DNA from: an uncultured virus (IMG/VR IMGVR_UViG_3300027793_000087)
Taxonomy: Duplodnaviria; Heunggongvirae; Uroviricota; Caudoviricetes
IMG/VR virus record: IMGVR_UViG_3300027793_000087
Strand: one strand, 5' to 3'
Length of the DNA stretch: 64,000 nucleotides
A program made the position numbers and the translations under genes. How positions within the stretch are numbered: position 1 is the stretch's first letter; every line of letters starts with the position of its first letter. Shown piece by piece: positions 17,407 through 28,299 of this stretch. Under the pieces are notes generated by a model. That model ran no database searches, was not told where the DNA came from, and saw only the letters and a list, made by a program, of their open reading frames with translations.

Positions 17407-17847
17407 ATGGCATTTGACGTGGTAAAGAAGGAGGAGCCAGACCTACGTACGGAGATTGAGTGTTTTCCGGACATCGACCCTGGCATAGACGTGGCAGGCG
17501 ACCGTGTGTTGGTCCAGCTGCGACGAGAGAAAACAACGAGCAAGGGCGGCATCATCCTGGTTGATGAGACCAAGCAAACGCTTCGGTTTAACGAGACGGT
17601 CGCGAAGGTCATACAGATCGGACCCCTGGCATACAAGAGCCCAGACACGCTGGAGCCTTGGATCGAGGGACCCTGGTGCAAGGTCGGCGACTTAGTTCGC
17701 ACGATCAAGTACGGCGGGGATCGGTTTGTTGTACAACCCGAGGATGAGGGATCTCCGGTGGTGTTTATCACCATCCAGGCAAGAGAGATCATCTCGCGCA
17801 TCCGGAGCTTTGAGCACGCACAAAAAATGCGGGCCTTCGTTGATTAA
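17407..17847 (+). CDS. groES: GroES-like co-chaperonin
   Basis: GDRVLV...TSKGGIIL...AKVIQIGP...CKVGDLV..KYGG. Confidence 0.85.
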   Translation: MAFDVVKKEEPDLRTEIECFPDIDPGIDVAGDRVLVQLRREKTTSKGGIILVDETKQTLRFNETVAKVIQIGPLAYKSPDTLEPWIEGPWCKVGDLVRTIKYGGDRFVVQPEDEGSPVVFITIQAREIISRIRSFEHAQKMRAFVD

Positions 17848-17866
17848 ACTTTGTAGAAAGTGACAA

Positions 17867-18889
17867 ATGGCAGAGAAAGAGGAGAAGCTGCTCCCCATCA
17901 AGGAGCAGGAAGACGGCGCGGTTCTGGTCGCGGTTGATAAGGAGGACAACCCCTTTGAGGACGCGGACAAGAGTCAGGATGACGACAAGAAGGACGCTGA
18001 CACCGGCGGTGACGTATCAGATCAAGACGGTGGTGCCGAACAGTCGATGGATTCTGACCCCGATGACGGGGATTCTGATGAAGAGACTGACGAGGACAGA
18101 GAAAAGATTCGCGAGGCTCGCCGCGAGGAGCGCAAGCTCAAGAAGGAGCTAGCCAAGCAGCGAGAGATCTCTGCAAAGCACAAGATTAGCGCGCTGGAGC
18201 GCAGAAACGAGGAGCTGGCCCGCAGGCTGGCCGCGGTTGAATCAGCCGCGACATCGTTCCAGTTCGCGCAGGTAGACAAGGCAATCGACGACGAGGCAAC
18301 ACGCGTCGAGTACGCCAAGATGAAGCTGCTGCAGGCCTCACAGGCCGGCAACGCCGAGGAGCAGGTTGAGTACCTTGAGCAGCTTCAGGAGGCAAAGACA
18401 CGGCTTGCACAGATGCAGGCCTACAAGAAGCAGCAGGTTGAGCAGGTCCGTCGTCCCAAGCAGAACGTGCCAAACGAGGTATCTCGCGCGGTGCAGGAGA
18501 ATGCAGAGGCCTGGCTCTCAAAGAATAAATGGTATGACCCCAACGCGAGGGATACAGACAGCAGGATCGCGAAGGTCATAGACAACGAGATGGCCGCAGA
18601 GGGCTGGGACCCATCGGACCAGGAGTACTGGGACGAGCTGGACAACAGACTATCTGCGCGTTTGCCACATCGTTACGCGGCAAAGACCGGCAACAGCGCC
18701 GCCAAGGCAAGGCCAAACCCTACGGCATCAAGCCGTACGGCCAACCCCTCAGGCGTTCCGGCAAATGCAATTAAGCTATCCCCGGACAGGGTGAAGGCGA
18801 TCAAGGATGCAGGAGCGTGGGACGATCCCGCGGCACGCAACCGGATGATCAAGGCATACATCGCGTACGATAAACAGAACAGGACATAG
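17867..18889 (+). CDS. Putative capsid scaffolding protein
   Basis: Acidic N-terminus, coiled coil, AWLSKNKWY; position. Confidence 0.7.
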   Translation: MAEKEEKLLPIKEQEDGAVLVAVDKEDNPFEDADKSQDDDKKDADTGGDVSDQDGGAEQSMDSDPDDGDSDEETDEDREKIREARREERKLKKELAKQREISAKHKISALERRNEELARRLAAVESAATSFQFAQVDKAIDDEATRVEYAKMKLLQASQAGNAEEQVEYLEQLQEAKTRLAQMQAYKKQQVEQVRRPKQNVPNEVSRAVQENAEAWLSKNKWYDPNARDTDSRIAKVIDNEMAAEGWDPSDQEYWDELDNRLSARLPHRYAAKTGNSAAKARPNPTASSRTANPSGVPANAIKLSPDRVKAIKDAGAWDDPAARNRMIKAYIAYDKQNRT

Positions 18890-18891
18890 TC

Positions 18892-19443
18892 ATGGCAAAC
18901 ACAAGAATTAAGCGCGATCTGGACGATCGCTTAGAGGCCCGCGTGGCGGAAGTTAAAGAGCGTCACGCAGGCAACGACGAGGAATCAAAGCGCAGGGAAC
19001 GCATAGACGCGTTCCGTGATAAATGGCAGAACAGCGCGCTGCCTGATCTCCCCAAGGATGCAATCCCGGGATTTCACCTGTGCTGGTTAAGCACTACAAA
19101 CCAGTACGACAGTATCGACAAACGTTTAGCACTAGGCTATGAGCCGGTGAAAGCCGCTGAGTTAGGCAAAGGCTTTGAATCACTGGGCAAGATGAGTTCG
19201 GGCAAGTTTGAAGGCTGTGTTAGTTGTAACGAGATGGTTCTCTTTAAGTTACCAGAAGAGATCTACCAGGAAGTGATGCGTATGCTGCACCTTGAGGATC
19301 CCCTCGAGCACCAGCGAAACATCACGAGCGCAGTCCGAAGCAACTCGCAAGAGGGCAAAGGTGGGCGTTCAATCCTGGAGGGTGGCATTCTGGAAATGGA
19401 AAAAGAGACCGCAAGAGCGAATCAAAACATTCGATTCCAATAA
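18892..19443 (+). CDS. Head-module protein
   Basis: IPGFHLCW...LGYEPV; position. Confidence 0.65.
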   Translation: MANTRIKRDLDDRLEARVAEVKERHAGNDEESKRRERIDAFRDKWQNSALPDLPKDAIPGFHLCWLSTTNQYDSIDKRLALGYEPVKAAELGKGFESLGKMSSGKFEGCVSCNEMVLFKLPEEIYQEVMRMLHLEDPLEHQRNITSAVRSNSQEGKGGRSILEGGILEMEKETARANQNIRFQ

Positions 19444-19470
19444 CAATCTTCAACAAACAAAGGAAGTTAA

Positions 19471-20133
19471 ATGGCAACGACATTGAAACCCTTTGGTCTG
19501 AAGCCTGTCTACCACCCCAGTGGCCTGGACCGTGCGACTCCTTTCGTCGGCACCAACAGCTACACCACCGGAAGTGTTTACACGGCACCTTACTCGCTGA
19601 GCTCTGGTCAATCATTTTACCAGTACCAGCCGGTGTCTGTAACCGCATCAGGCGAACTGACCATCGCCGCCTCTGCCGCCGCCTCTGGCACGGTATATGG
19701 CGTGTTTGACGGCGTGGAGTTTACCGACTCCCAGGGCCGTCGCTCCGTAGCAAAGTGGGCATCCAAGCTTACGCTTGACGCTTCTTCTGACATCGTGTTC
19801 TGGGTCTTCACCGATCCCGAGCTGGTGTACGAGGCACAAGTCAATGGCTCGGCAACAACCGCGTCCATCGGACAGCAGTACAACTTTGAGACCGCAACAG
19901 GCATGACCCCCGCCAGTGGAACAGCCATTGGCAATGGTGGCGCCGGCTTCTCCACCTGTGCTCTAAACGACACAGCTGTTGGAACTGGCAACCAAGGTCA
20001 GGTTCGGGTTGTTGGTCTGGGCCGTGAGGTGGCCTATCCTCCTGGTGAGACAAACGCCTGGGGTGACACCTACACGATTGTACAGGTCAAGATCGCAAAC
20101 AACTCGTTTGTGTATCCGAAGGCTTCGGTCTAA
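19471..20133 (+). CDS. Putative capsid decoration protein
   Basis: PFGLKPV, GVFDGVEFTD, DPELVYEAQ; immediately before MCP. Confidence 0.6.
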   Translation: MATTLKPFGLKPVYHPSGLDRATPFVGTNSYTTGSVYTAPYSLSSGQSFYQYQPVSVTASGELTIAASAAASGTVYGVFDGVEFTDSQGRRSVAKWASKLTLDASSDIVFWVFTDPELVYEAQVNGSATTASIGQQYNFETATGMTPASGTAIGNGGAGFSTCALNDTAVGTGNQGQVRVVGLGREVAYPPGETNAWGDTYTIVQVKIANNSFVYPKASV

Positions 20134-20156
20134 TTAACGAAAGAAAGGATTAAGCA

Positions 20157-21074
20157 ATGGCAACCCCAATGCGTAGTACGGACTTTCGTGCGGTAGTCGA
20201 ACCGATTATCAACGAAGTCTTTGATGGTGTTTACCAGCAGCGTGATGATGAGTGGAAAGGGTTTGTTGAGCAAATCCAAGGTATTCCCCGCAACTATCAC
20301 GAAGAAGTAATGCTGTTCGGCATGAACGCAGCTCCCGCTATGCCCGACGGAACTCCGGTTTCGTACGATCAAGGCGGTACGCTGTACATCACCCGATTCA
20401 TTTATCAGATCTATGGTTTGGCATACGCTTTGACCAAGGTTCTGATGGAAGACGGCGATCATATCCGTATCGGCAGCACCTTCGCCAAACACCTGGCTCA
20501 GTCCATGATTGAGACCAAGGAGACCCTGTGCGCCAACCTGCTGAACTTCGCGTTCACCGCAGGCTACACCGGCGGCGACGGCGTGACGCTGAGCAACAGC
20601 GCACACCCCGTGGCTAACGGCTTGACGTACAGCAACGTCCTGGCCACCCCGGCCAACCTGTCGCAGACCTCGGTTGAGCAGATGCTCATCCAGATCCGCT
20701 CCGCCATTGACAACAACGGCAAGCGTATCCGTCTGAAGGCAGAGCAGCTGATCGTTCCTCCCGCGCTCGAGTTCCAGGCTGAGGTTATCCTCAAGTCTGT
20801 CCTCCGCTCCGGAACGGCTGACAACGATCTGAACCCGATCAAGTCGACTGGTATGCTCCCGAAGGGCGCCCACGTGGTGACCCGTCTGAGCTCTACCAAG
20901 GCATGGTGGGTGCAGACCGATGCCGAGAACGGTCTGATGCTGGTTATGCGCCGCCCCATGGAGAAATCCATGGAAGGTGACTTTGAGACCGACAGCATGC
21001 GTTACAAGGCAACCGAGCGCTACGCGACCGGCTGGCACGACGCACGCAACATCTACGGTACTCAAGGCGTTTAA
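20157..21074 (+). CDS. Major capsid protein
   Basis: LIVPPALEF, GDFETDSMRYKATERY; followed by terminator. Confidence 0.88.
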   Translation: MATPMRSTDFRAVVEPIINEVFDGVYQQRDDEWKGFVEQIQGIPRNYHEEVMLFGMNAAPAMPDGTPVSYDQGGTLYITRFIYQIYGLAYALTKVLMEDGDHIRIGSTFAKHLAQSMIETKETLCANLLNFAFTAGYTGGDGVTLSNSAHPVANGLTYSNVLATPANLSQTSVEQMLIQIRSAIDNNGKRIRLKAEQLIVPPALEFQAEVILKSVLRSGTADNDLNPIKSTGMLPKGAHVVTRLSSTKAWWVQTDAENGLMLVMRRPMEKSMEGDFETDSMRYKATERYATGWHDARNIYGTQGV

Positions 21075-21091
21075 TTAGTACCCGGCAGTGC

Positions 21092-21125
21092 AAAGCCCCA
21101 GAGTGACCCTCTGGGGCTTTTTTAT
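21092..21125 (+). terminator. Rho-independent terminator
   Basis: AAAGCCCCAGAG/CTCTGGGGCTTT hairpin plus T tract. Confidence 0.85.
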
Positions 21126-21143
21126 TGCCTTTTCTGCATAAGT
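21114..21143 (+). promoter_or_regulatory. Putative late promoter overlapping terminator
   Basis: GGGCT-N16-TGCATAAGT. Confidence 0.6.
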
Positions 21144-21161
21144 AGACATAGGAAGAAACCC

Positions 21162-21228
21162 GCCCCACTCAGACAGCCGATCTCTTCCCGGCTGACGGCT
21201 TAGCGACGGTTTGGGGCAACCTCTAAGC
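21162..21228 (+). ncRNA. Putative pseudoknotted 5' leader
   Basis: GCCCCA/UGGGGC, CAGCCG/CGGCUG, pseudoknot GCUUAG/CUAAGC next to the RBS. Confidence 0.5.
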
Positions 21229-21240
21229 AAGGACAATAGA

Positions 21241-21729
21241 ATGTCACGCACCACTTTTTCGGGACCAGTAGCGTCCCAAAACGGCTTCATCAGCATCGCC
21301 TCCACGTCAGAAAAAATTCTGACCATCCAGGCCCCGGCCGCTCTCTCGGCCGACACGACTCTCACGTTTCCTAACGGCGCCGGCACAAACGGCCAGGTAC
21401 TGACAACCAACGGCACCGGCACCCTTAGCTGGACGACCAACGGCGCAGGCACCGTGACCTCCGTCGGCGGAACGGGCTCCGTAAACGGCCTCACGCTGAC
21501 CGGCACCGTAACCTCGTCCGGCTCGCTGACTCTGGGCGGCAGCTTTGCTCTCCCAACAGCATCCGCCGCAAACGTCGGAGATATTACCAACGCCATCAAC
21601 ACCACCGGCAAGTATGCCGGAAAGATGGTCGTTGACTACGCCACGGGAATCATCTACACCGCCGTCGGCGCAACCGCCGCATCGGACTGGGCACCATCAG
21701 ACGCCAGCGGCCTCGTAACTCCCGTTTAA
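21241..21729 (+). CDS. Structural protein (head/tail fibre-like)
   Basis: MSRTTFSGPV; GTNGQVLTTNGTGTLSW fibre repeat. Confidence 0.7.
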   Translation: MSRTTFSGPVASQNGFISIASTSEKILTIQAPAALSADTTLTFPNGAGTNGQVLTTNGTGTLSWTTNGAGTVTSVGGTGSVNGLTLTGTVTSSGSLTLGGSFALPTASAANVGDITNAINTTGKYAGKMVVDYATGIIYTAVGATAASDWAPSDASGLVTPV

Positions 21730-21742
21730 TTAGGGGCCAACC

Positions 21743-22054
21743 ATGCGCCAAACTACAGTAACAGTGCCCAGCCTTTTGGGTTCTACTACAACTTCGGCCG
21801 TGGTGCTTGATCAATACCTGACCCCGTTCAGCGTCTCGTACGCAAAGACGGGATCGGGTACTGTAGAGGTCTCGCTGACCGACCCGTTTCCTGTATCAAA
21901 CGGAAACTTCGTCGCGCCAACGTTTACCTGGATCACGGCACCAACCAGCGCGCCCAACAGCGCCACATCTCTTGGGCAGCCGTTTAGGGCTATTCGCCTA
22001 AGCGGCGCGGCTCCGGGTGACACGCTGACGGTTGTACAAGCCGGGGTAAAGTAA
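21743..22054 (+). CDS. Small structural protein
   Basis: Beta-rich ORF in operon. Confidence 0.65.
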   Translation: MRQTTVTVPSLLGSTTTSAVVLDQYLTPFSVSYAKTGSGTVEVSLTDPFPVSNGNFVAPTFTWITAPTSAPNSATSLGQPFRAIRLSGAAPGDTLTVVQAGVK

Positions 22055-22396
22055 GTGCCCATCTACCTCGATACTCGAGGTAACTCGGTTCTGTCGGTCG
22101 CTATCTGCGACCGATGCAACCGAAAGTTTGCCTACGTGGACCTCATGCCGGACCCAAACTTTCCCGGCATGAGGGTCTGCAAGGACGACGTGGATAACTA
22201 CGACCCCTGGCGTCTGCCGGCAAGGCAAACAGAAAACATCGCCCTTCGGCACCCGCGCCCGGACCAGTACATTGGCATCGCCAACCGACACCTGGTCACA
22301 CAGGGTGCGCCAAACGCTGCCGGGGACTCAATGTTCATCGACCAGGATCCTCCCGAGTCTACGACCGCGGGCGAGCCTGGCGACATACAATACTAA
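22055..22396 (+). CDS. Hypothetical protein with CxxC
   Basis: AICDRC...RVC...LRHPRPD. Confidence 0.7.
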   Translation: MPIYLDTRGNSVLSVAICDRCNRKFAYVDLMPDPNFPGMRVCKDDVDNYDPWRLPARQTENIALRHPRPDQYIGIANRHLVTQGAPNAAGDSMFIDQDPPESTTAGEPGDIQY

Positions 22397-22399
22397 ACC

Positions 22400-23620
22400 A
22401 TGGCCGATCGTTCCATATCCCAACTTCCAGTCGCGGGGCCTTTGTCCGGCACGGAGCTTGCTGTTGTCGTCCAGAACGGCATAACCAAGCAAACACAAGT
22501 CACAGACATCACGGCACTCGGGGGCGCAACTGGGCCCACGGGCCCGGTCGGACCCACAGGGCCCACTGGACCCATAGGGAACCCAGGACCCAGCGGCCCA
22601 ACAGGGCCCACGGGGCCGACAGGCCCGACCGGACCAACGGGTCCCACAGGCGACCCCTCGACTGTCCCCGGCCCTACCGGGCCGACCGGAGACACCGGGC
22701 CAACGGGACCATCTGGTCCGATTGGCAACAACGGCCCCATAGGGCCAACCGGGCCAACGGGACCCACCGGGGACCCATCCACCGTGCCGGGACCGATAGG
22801 GCCAACCGGGCCCAAAGGCACATCGTCAAGCTTTTTTCCGTACAAGGCCAAGACGACAATAACCAGCGGCGACCCGGGCGCGACACACCTGATCTGGAAC
22901 AACTTGACACAGATCAGCGCGACCCAGATTAACGTCAGCCACATAGACAAGGACGGTGTCGATATTGACATCTTCCTGGCCACGCTGCAGGCCACGGAGC
23001 AGATTATTATCCAGGACGCGTCCAGCAGCACGGACTACCAGACCTGGGTAATCTCGGCCGCGCCAACGATGCAAACGGGATACATTGAGATCCCCGTCAC
23101 CCTCGTCGACTCCGGCGGTACAGGAACGACCAACTTCCCAAACAACCACGAAGTTTTTCTTGCTCTGGTAAGCGGCGTGGTGGGGCCCACCGGACCAATC
23201 GGACCCACCGGACCCACGGGTCCCATCGGACCAATCGGACCCACAGGGGACACGGGTCCCATCGGACCCACGGGGCCCACGGGGCCAGACTACGGAGTTC
23301 GTGTCGTTGCCGTTCCTGACGCGACGTCCATAACCGTCAACGCCGATACCACGGACATGGCCACCCAGAGCAACACGCAAGCGGCTGGCACATTGACAAT
23401 CAACGCACCGACCGGGACGGTCGTAAACGGGCAAAAGATAATGATCCGCCTGACGTCGACAAACGTTCAGACGTTTTCGTTTAACGCGGTGTTCCAGGGC
23501 TCAACCCAGCTGCCTCTTCCAACGGTCTCGTCTGGCTCGTCACGGGTTGACTACATGGGATTTATTTACAACTCCACGTCTGCCAAGTGGCAGCTTATAT
23601 CGAGAGTGTTTGGGTTCTAG
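22400..23620 (+). CDS. Collagen-like fibre protein
   Basis: Two GPT/GPI triplet runs; ISQLP N-terminus. Confidence 0.85.
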   Translation: MADRSISQLPVAGPLSGTELAVVVQNGITKQTQVTDITALGGATGPTGPVGPTGPTGPIGNPGPSGPTGPTGPTGPTGPTGPTGDPSTVPGPTGPTGDTGPTGPSGPIGNNGPIGPTGPTGPTGDPSTVPGPIGPTGPKGTSSSFFPYKAKTTITSGDPGATHLIWNNLTQISATQINVSHIDKDGVDIDIFLATLQATEQIIIQDASSSTDYQTWVISAAPTMQTGYIEIPVTLVDSGGTGTTNFPNNHEVFLALVSGVVGPTGPIGPTGPTGPIGPIGPTGDTGPIGPTGPTGPDYGVRVVAVPDATSITVNADTTDMATQSNTQAAGTLTINAPTGTVVNGQKIMIRLTSTNVQTFSFNAVFQGSTQLPLPTVSSGSSRVDYMGFIYNSTSAKWQLISRVFGF

Positions 23621-23622
23621 GT

Positions 23623-23841
23623 ATGGAAGATACGGTTGTTATTGAGTTTGAGAGGCAGGCAGAGAACGGTTCCGTTTTTAGGGACGCGATCCACCTACCA
23701 GCAGACCACACTCTCTCAGTCGACGACATTGAGTCCATTAAGGAGCAGCGCTTCCTTGCATGGCTCGGTGTTGTTGAGCAGTTTAGGATCCAGTCCGAAG
23801 CAAGTCCGGAGGTGGTGCCAACGCCAGGAGCGCAAAGCTAA
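23623..23841 (+). CDS. Small fibre-associated protein
   Basis: FRDAIHLPADH; coupled to next gene. Confidence 0.6.
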   Translation: MEDTVVIEFERQAENGSVFRDAIHLPADHTLSVDDIESIKEQRFLAWLGVVEQFRIQSEASPEVVPTPGAQS

Positions 23842-26800
23842 TGGCCGACCGCTACTGGGTGGGGGGCACCGGGACCTGGAGCTCCTCAAGCACAACTAAC
23901 TGGTCTACCTCGTCCGGCGGCTCGTCCGGCGCGTCCGTACCGACAACGTCCGACGACGTGTTTTTTAACGTCAACTCAAACGTCGGTACCGGGTCGTTCA
24001 CGGTCACGATAAGCGGGTCAATAAACTGCCGAAGCATAACCGTGAGCGGGCTTGACGGGGCCATGACGCTGGCAAGCAGCGGCACCGGGACCTGGACAAT
24101 CGCCGGAAGTATATCCTTCCCGGCCACCAACCTGACGGTCACGTCATCTAGGCCTATAACCCTAACCCCCACATCGAACTCGACGATCAACACAAACGGG
24201 GTCTCGCTCGCAAACACCAACATAACACTTAACACCACCGGGTCGAGCACCACAACGCTAACCGGCGCTCTGACGTGTTCTAGGTTTATCGTTACGGACG
24301 GGGCTTTTTTTACTGGCGGATACAACTTAACAGCGCTAAGCTTTGCGTCCGCTGGGTCAGCCACAAGAACAGTAAACTTATCAACAAGCACGCTGACGCT
24401 GTCTGAGTTTTTTGATTTAGGTACAGCCCCAACAAACTTAACGTTTACCGGAAACAGCTCCACCATTAACATGACCGGCACCGGTGGTTTTTGGGGAGGA
24501 GGACAAACCTACAACGCGGTAAACTTTACTAATAATTCATCGGTTGCATCTATAATTATAAATGGAAACAATACCTTCTCTTCCCTGTCCCTGTCTAACA
24601 ACACCAGAACAACAACCGCATATTATGTTTTCCGCATACAAAACAATCAGACCTGCACGTCAAGCTTTATTGCCAGGACAACGTCGGCCGCGGCCCAGGT
24701 CCTAATAGTAGGCGACCCCCAATCCGCCACCGAGAGGGTGACAATATCCTCGCCATCGGTCACGCTGGTAAATGCCGGGTTTGGCAACATCATCGCCGCC
24801 GGTACCGCGGCCCCGTTTACGGGTACAAGAATAGGCGACCTGGGAGGAAACCAAAACATAACCACGGACGCGCCCAAGACGGTGTACTGGAACCAACCGG
24901 CCGGAGGAAACTACACCGACGCGGCCTGGGCCCTTGGCAGTGGGGGGTCCGTCAGCGCCGACAACTTCCCCCTCCCGCAGGACACGGCGGTCCTTGAAAA
25001 TACCGGACTAAACACAAGCGCCACGATCACCGTCCCCGCCAACACACTGTTTAACGGCATTGATACCTCGACCAGGACAAACGCAGCCACACTAACCGTG
25101 CCAACAACTGGGTTAATGGTTGGTAAAAAATACAACTTCTCCTCCCCAAACGTAACATACGCAAGCACTAACATATTTTTTAATAGGCCGGGCGTGACCG
25201 ACGGCGAGCAGGAGGTGTGGCTGCCACTGTCAACCAACAATTTTACTCACTCACTTTACGCTGAGTATCTTTTTAGTTACAACCCGGTGACGTTAAGGCA
25301 AAACGGAACCTTAAAGTTTATGAACTCCGGGCGGGCGTTTAATTATATTTATCTTGCCCGCGGGACGATAGACGTAAACGGTCAAAACGTCAAGATGACC
25401 AACATCAACGCCCGTTTTGAATATGTTTTCGTTAGCAGCGGCAGCACCACTAATTACTCTCACCTAAATTTTAACAGCGGCACGATTGATTTTGAATTTA
25501 CAAAATCAGGTACCCACACAGCAATATACCAAAACTCAACCTGCTACACAAAGGGTGACGCCGCAACCAACAGCGGCAGGTTTAGAATTATGACCACCCA
25601 GTCCGGTGGATTTATTACCTATGTTTATTCGCAGGCACCTCAAATTAGTCTTGGTATCGTGCCCTTTAATTTGGAGATAGTGCAGACCTCCCCAACAAAC
25701 TTTATAAATTACGTATATCTAGTTCCTACCAGCGGGGGCGTAACGTTTTTAAACAACTTGACAACGACGCCAGCGGCCAGCGGAAACGTTAATTATTTTT
25801 ATAACTCAGCAACAAATATTTGCTTAACCGGAAACATAAACATAGGAGCCAGAAGCACTATTGACGTTCCTAACGCACTTAGTTTACTTAACAATGTGTT
25901 TTCTTTGCCTACCTCGTCAACCATATCCATAAACGGACCGACCACAGCCGTTGTTACGCCCGCTATAGAAATTGGTTTTGACAGGTATGTCGGTGTGGCT
26001 CGGACAACCAACAACTACATTTTACAAAGCAACTCCGATGTTGGCTTTTCTACCACCACAAACGGCGTTACATCCTTTTACGGCGGAAACTTTAACTTTA
26101 ATGGGTACTCTTTCAGGTTTAGCCGTTTTATTTTTGTAAACTCAATGACCACGCTGACCGCCGGAACGGGGGGCGAGGCCGTATCAGCCTACGCCTCTGG
26201 CAGCACAGGCACATACACCTGGGAAGCTGTAAGTTTTTGCACTATTGTTGGAAATTTAACGTTTCGCTGTGATAACAACACCAGTAATTTGGTATCCTTT
26301 CTTCACGCCACGGGAAGCGCAACTAACGCGCTAAGCATAAACAGAAGCGCCGGTACGGGATATATTTTTCCTGGCTCAAACTCTTACATAAGAGACTTCA
26401 AGCCGACAGCGACCAACGCGTACCTAGCTAACAACGTATTTGTCTCGGGCGATATAACACTGCCCGCCGGAGCCACTACAGCTTTTGTTTATCTTTATTT
26501 AGTTGGCGGCGCGACACAGGCGGTGACCGGGAACGGGGTAACAGCAAACTATTATCTTAGCGTTCAAAAAACTGCCGGCACACAGGTTGTCTTTAACGAC
26601 AACGCAAGGTTTTACTATTTAGAGTCATTAACAGGCGACGTAAACTTTAACAACTTCAATTGTACAATAACATCTAACGTAGTGTCTCAGGCTGGTGGCT
26701 TGAAGACATTCTATATGGGTACCGGAACGCTGACCACGTCTATTTTTAATGTTTCTACCGACTCCGCAGACGTAACTATTGTCCCGTCAACCTCCACCAT

Positions 26801-27227
26801 AAGAATGAGCAACGCGGGCTCTTCTACAACGTTTCACGGGGCCGGAAAGACATACAACCGCCTCCTAAAAACGGGAAGCGGGACCTTAACTATCAACGGA
26901 TCAAACACGTTTAACACTATCGAGAACGAGACATCGCCCGGAACGATTACATTTACGTCTGGCACGACTCAGACGGTGACAGACTTTAAGGTCTCCGGCA
27001 CGGCAGGCAACTTGATCACAATCAACAGCTCGACCCCCGGCAGCCAGGCCACCCTGTACAGCGTCCCCGATTCTTTAGAGAATTGCAACTACCTGAGCAT
27101 CCGCGACTCAAACGCCACCGGGACAAAGTACTGGTACGCAGGAAACAACAGCACCAACGTCTCAAACAACTCAAACTGGATATTTGCAAGCCCAGACGAT
27201 TTTAGTTTCTCAGCCTTTTTTGGATAA
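23841..27227 (+). CDS. Large Ser/Thr/Asn-rich fibre/adhesin 1
   Basis: MADRYWVGG; beta-helix-like composition. Confidence 0.75.
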   Translation: MADRYWVGGTGTWSSSSTTNWSTSSGGSSGASVPTTSDDVFFNVNSNVGTGSFTVTISGSINCRSITVSGLDGAMTLASSGTGTWTIAGSISFPATNLTVTSSRPITLTPTSNSTINTNGVSLANTNITLNTTGSSTTTLTGALTCSRFIVTDGAFFTGGYNLTALSFASAGSATRTVNLSTSTLTLSEFFDLGTAPTNLTFTGNSSTINMTGTGGFWGGGQTYNAVNFTNNSSVASIIINGNNTFSSLSLSNNTRTTTAYYVFRIQNNQTCTSSFIARTTSAAAQVLIVGDPQSATERVTISSPSVTLVNAGFGNIIAAGTAAPFTGTRIGDLGGNQNITTDAPKTVYWNQPAGGNYTDAAWALGSGGSVSADNFPLPQDTAVLENTGLNTSATITVPANTLFNGIDTSTRTNAATLTVPTTGLMVGKKYNFSSPNVTYASTNIFFNRPGVTDGEQEVWLPLSTNNFTHSLYAEYLFSYNPVTLRQNGTLKFMNSGRAFNYIYLARGTIDVNGQNVKMTNINARFEYVFVSSGSTTNYSHLNFNSGTIDFEFTKSGTHTAIYQNSTCYTKGDAATNSGRFRIMTTQSGGFITYVYSQAPQISLGIVPFNLEIVQTSPTNFINYVYLVPTSGGVTFLNNLTTTPAASGNVNYFYNSATNICLTGNINIGARSTIDVPNALSLLNNVFSLPTSSTISINGPTTAVVTPAIEIGFDRYVGVARTTNNYILQSNSDVGFSTTTNGVTSFYGGNFNFNGYSFRFSRFIFVNSMTTLTAGTGGEAVSAYASGSTGTYTWEAVSFCTIVGNLTFRCDNNTSNLVSFLHATGSATNALSINRSAGTGYIFPGSNSYIRDFKPTATNAYLANNVFVSGDITLPAGATTAFVYLYLVGGATQAVTGNGVTANYYLSVQKTAGTQVVFNDNARFYYLESLTGDVNFNNFNCTITSNVVSQAGGLKTFYMGTGTLTTSIFNVSTDSADVTIVPSTSTIRMSNAGSSTTFHGAGKTYNRLLKTGSGTLTINGSNTFNTIENETSPGTITFTSGTTQTVTDFKVSGTAGNLITINSSTPGSQATLYSVPDSLENCNYLSIRDSNATGTKYWYAGNNSTNVSNNSNWIFASPDDFSFSAFFG

Positions 27228-27228
27228 A

Positions 27229-28299
27229 ATGAAGATTGCCGTCTACGCCATAAGCAAAAACGAGGAGCAGTTTGTTGAACGATTCTGCGATTCGGTCAAA
27301 GACGCCGATTGCGTAATCGTGGCCGACACCGGCTCGACCGACAACACCGTTTCCCTGCTAAAGGAGCGCGGTGTTAGGGTCTACGACATCTGCGTATCGC
27401 CGTGGCGGTTTGATAAGGCAAGAGACGCGGCCCTGGCCCTGGTCCCTGCCGACGTGGACGTGTGTATAAGCCTCGACCTCGACGAGGTCCTGGAGCCGGG
27501 CTGGCGAGAGGAGATTGAGCGCGTGTGGGTCCCGGGGTCCACGACACGCCTGCGGTACCTGTACGACTGGGGCAACGGCCTGCCGTTTTTCTACGAAAAG
27601 ATCCACGCACGTTCCGGCTACCACTGGCACCACCCCTGCCACGAGTACCCGCGCCCGGACATGAGGATCTCGGAGACCCACGCGACCACCAACAAGCTCC
27701 TGGTAAGCCACAAGCCGGACCCGACAAAGAGCCGAGGCCAGTACCTGGACCTGCTCAAGATGTCGGTCGCCGAGGACCCAAGCTGTCCCAGGAACGCTTT
27801 TTACTACGCCAGGGAGCTCACGTTTTACGGTAAGTGGCAGGAGGCAACGGAGGCCCTTCAGAACTATTTAGCCAACCCACGAGCTACCTGGGCCAGCGAG
27901 AGGGCCTACGCGATGCGTCTTTTGGGCAAGTCGTACGCGAACCTGAAAGATAACCAGAGAGCCATGGAGTGGTTTTTGAAAGCGACAGAGCAGGCCCCGT
28001 CGTCCAGAGAGCCGTGGGTGGACCTGGCCAAGGAGCTATACCGGCAATCTTCATGGGACAAATGCTACCAGGCCGCGACGAGAGCGTTACAAATTACGGA
28101 CAGGGAGTTTGCGTACATGACAGACCCCGAGTCATGGAGCTCCCTGCCGCACGATTTACTGGCCATATCGGCCTACCACACGGGACGCTTTGAGGAGGCC
28201 GAGCGTCACGGGAAGGCGGCCTTGGATTACAGCCCGAACGACGACAGGCTCAAAAACAACCTCCGCTGGTACAAACAGGCACAACAAAAGGCGGCTTAA
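27229..28299 (+). CDS. Glycosyltransferase family 2 with TPR repeats
   Basis: ISKNEE, ADTGSTD, LDLDE (DxD), helical repeat C-terminus. Confidence 0.88.
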   Translation: MKIAVYAISKNEEQFVERFCDSVKDADCVIVADTGSTDNTVSLLKERGVRVYDICVSPWRFDKARDAALALVPADVDVCISLDLDEVLEPGWREEIERVWVPGSTTRLRYLYDWGNGLPFFYEKIHARSGYHWHHPCHEYPRPDMRISETHATTNKLLVSHKPDPTKSRGQYLDLLKMSVAEDPSCPRNAFYYARELTFYGKWQEATEALQNYLANPRATWASERAYAMRLLGKSYANLKDNQRAMEWFLKATEQAPSSREPWVDLAKELYRQSSWDKCYQAATRALQITDREFAYMTDPESWSSLPHDLLAISAYHTGRFEEAERHGKAALDYSPNDDRLKNNLRWYKQAQQKAA

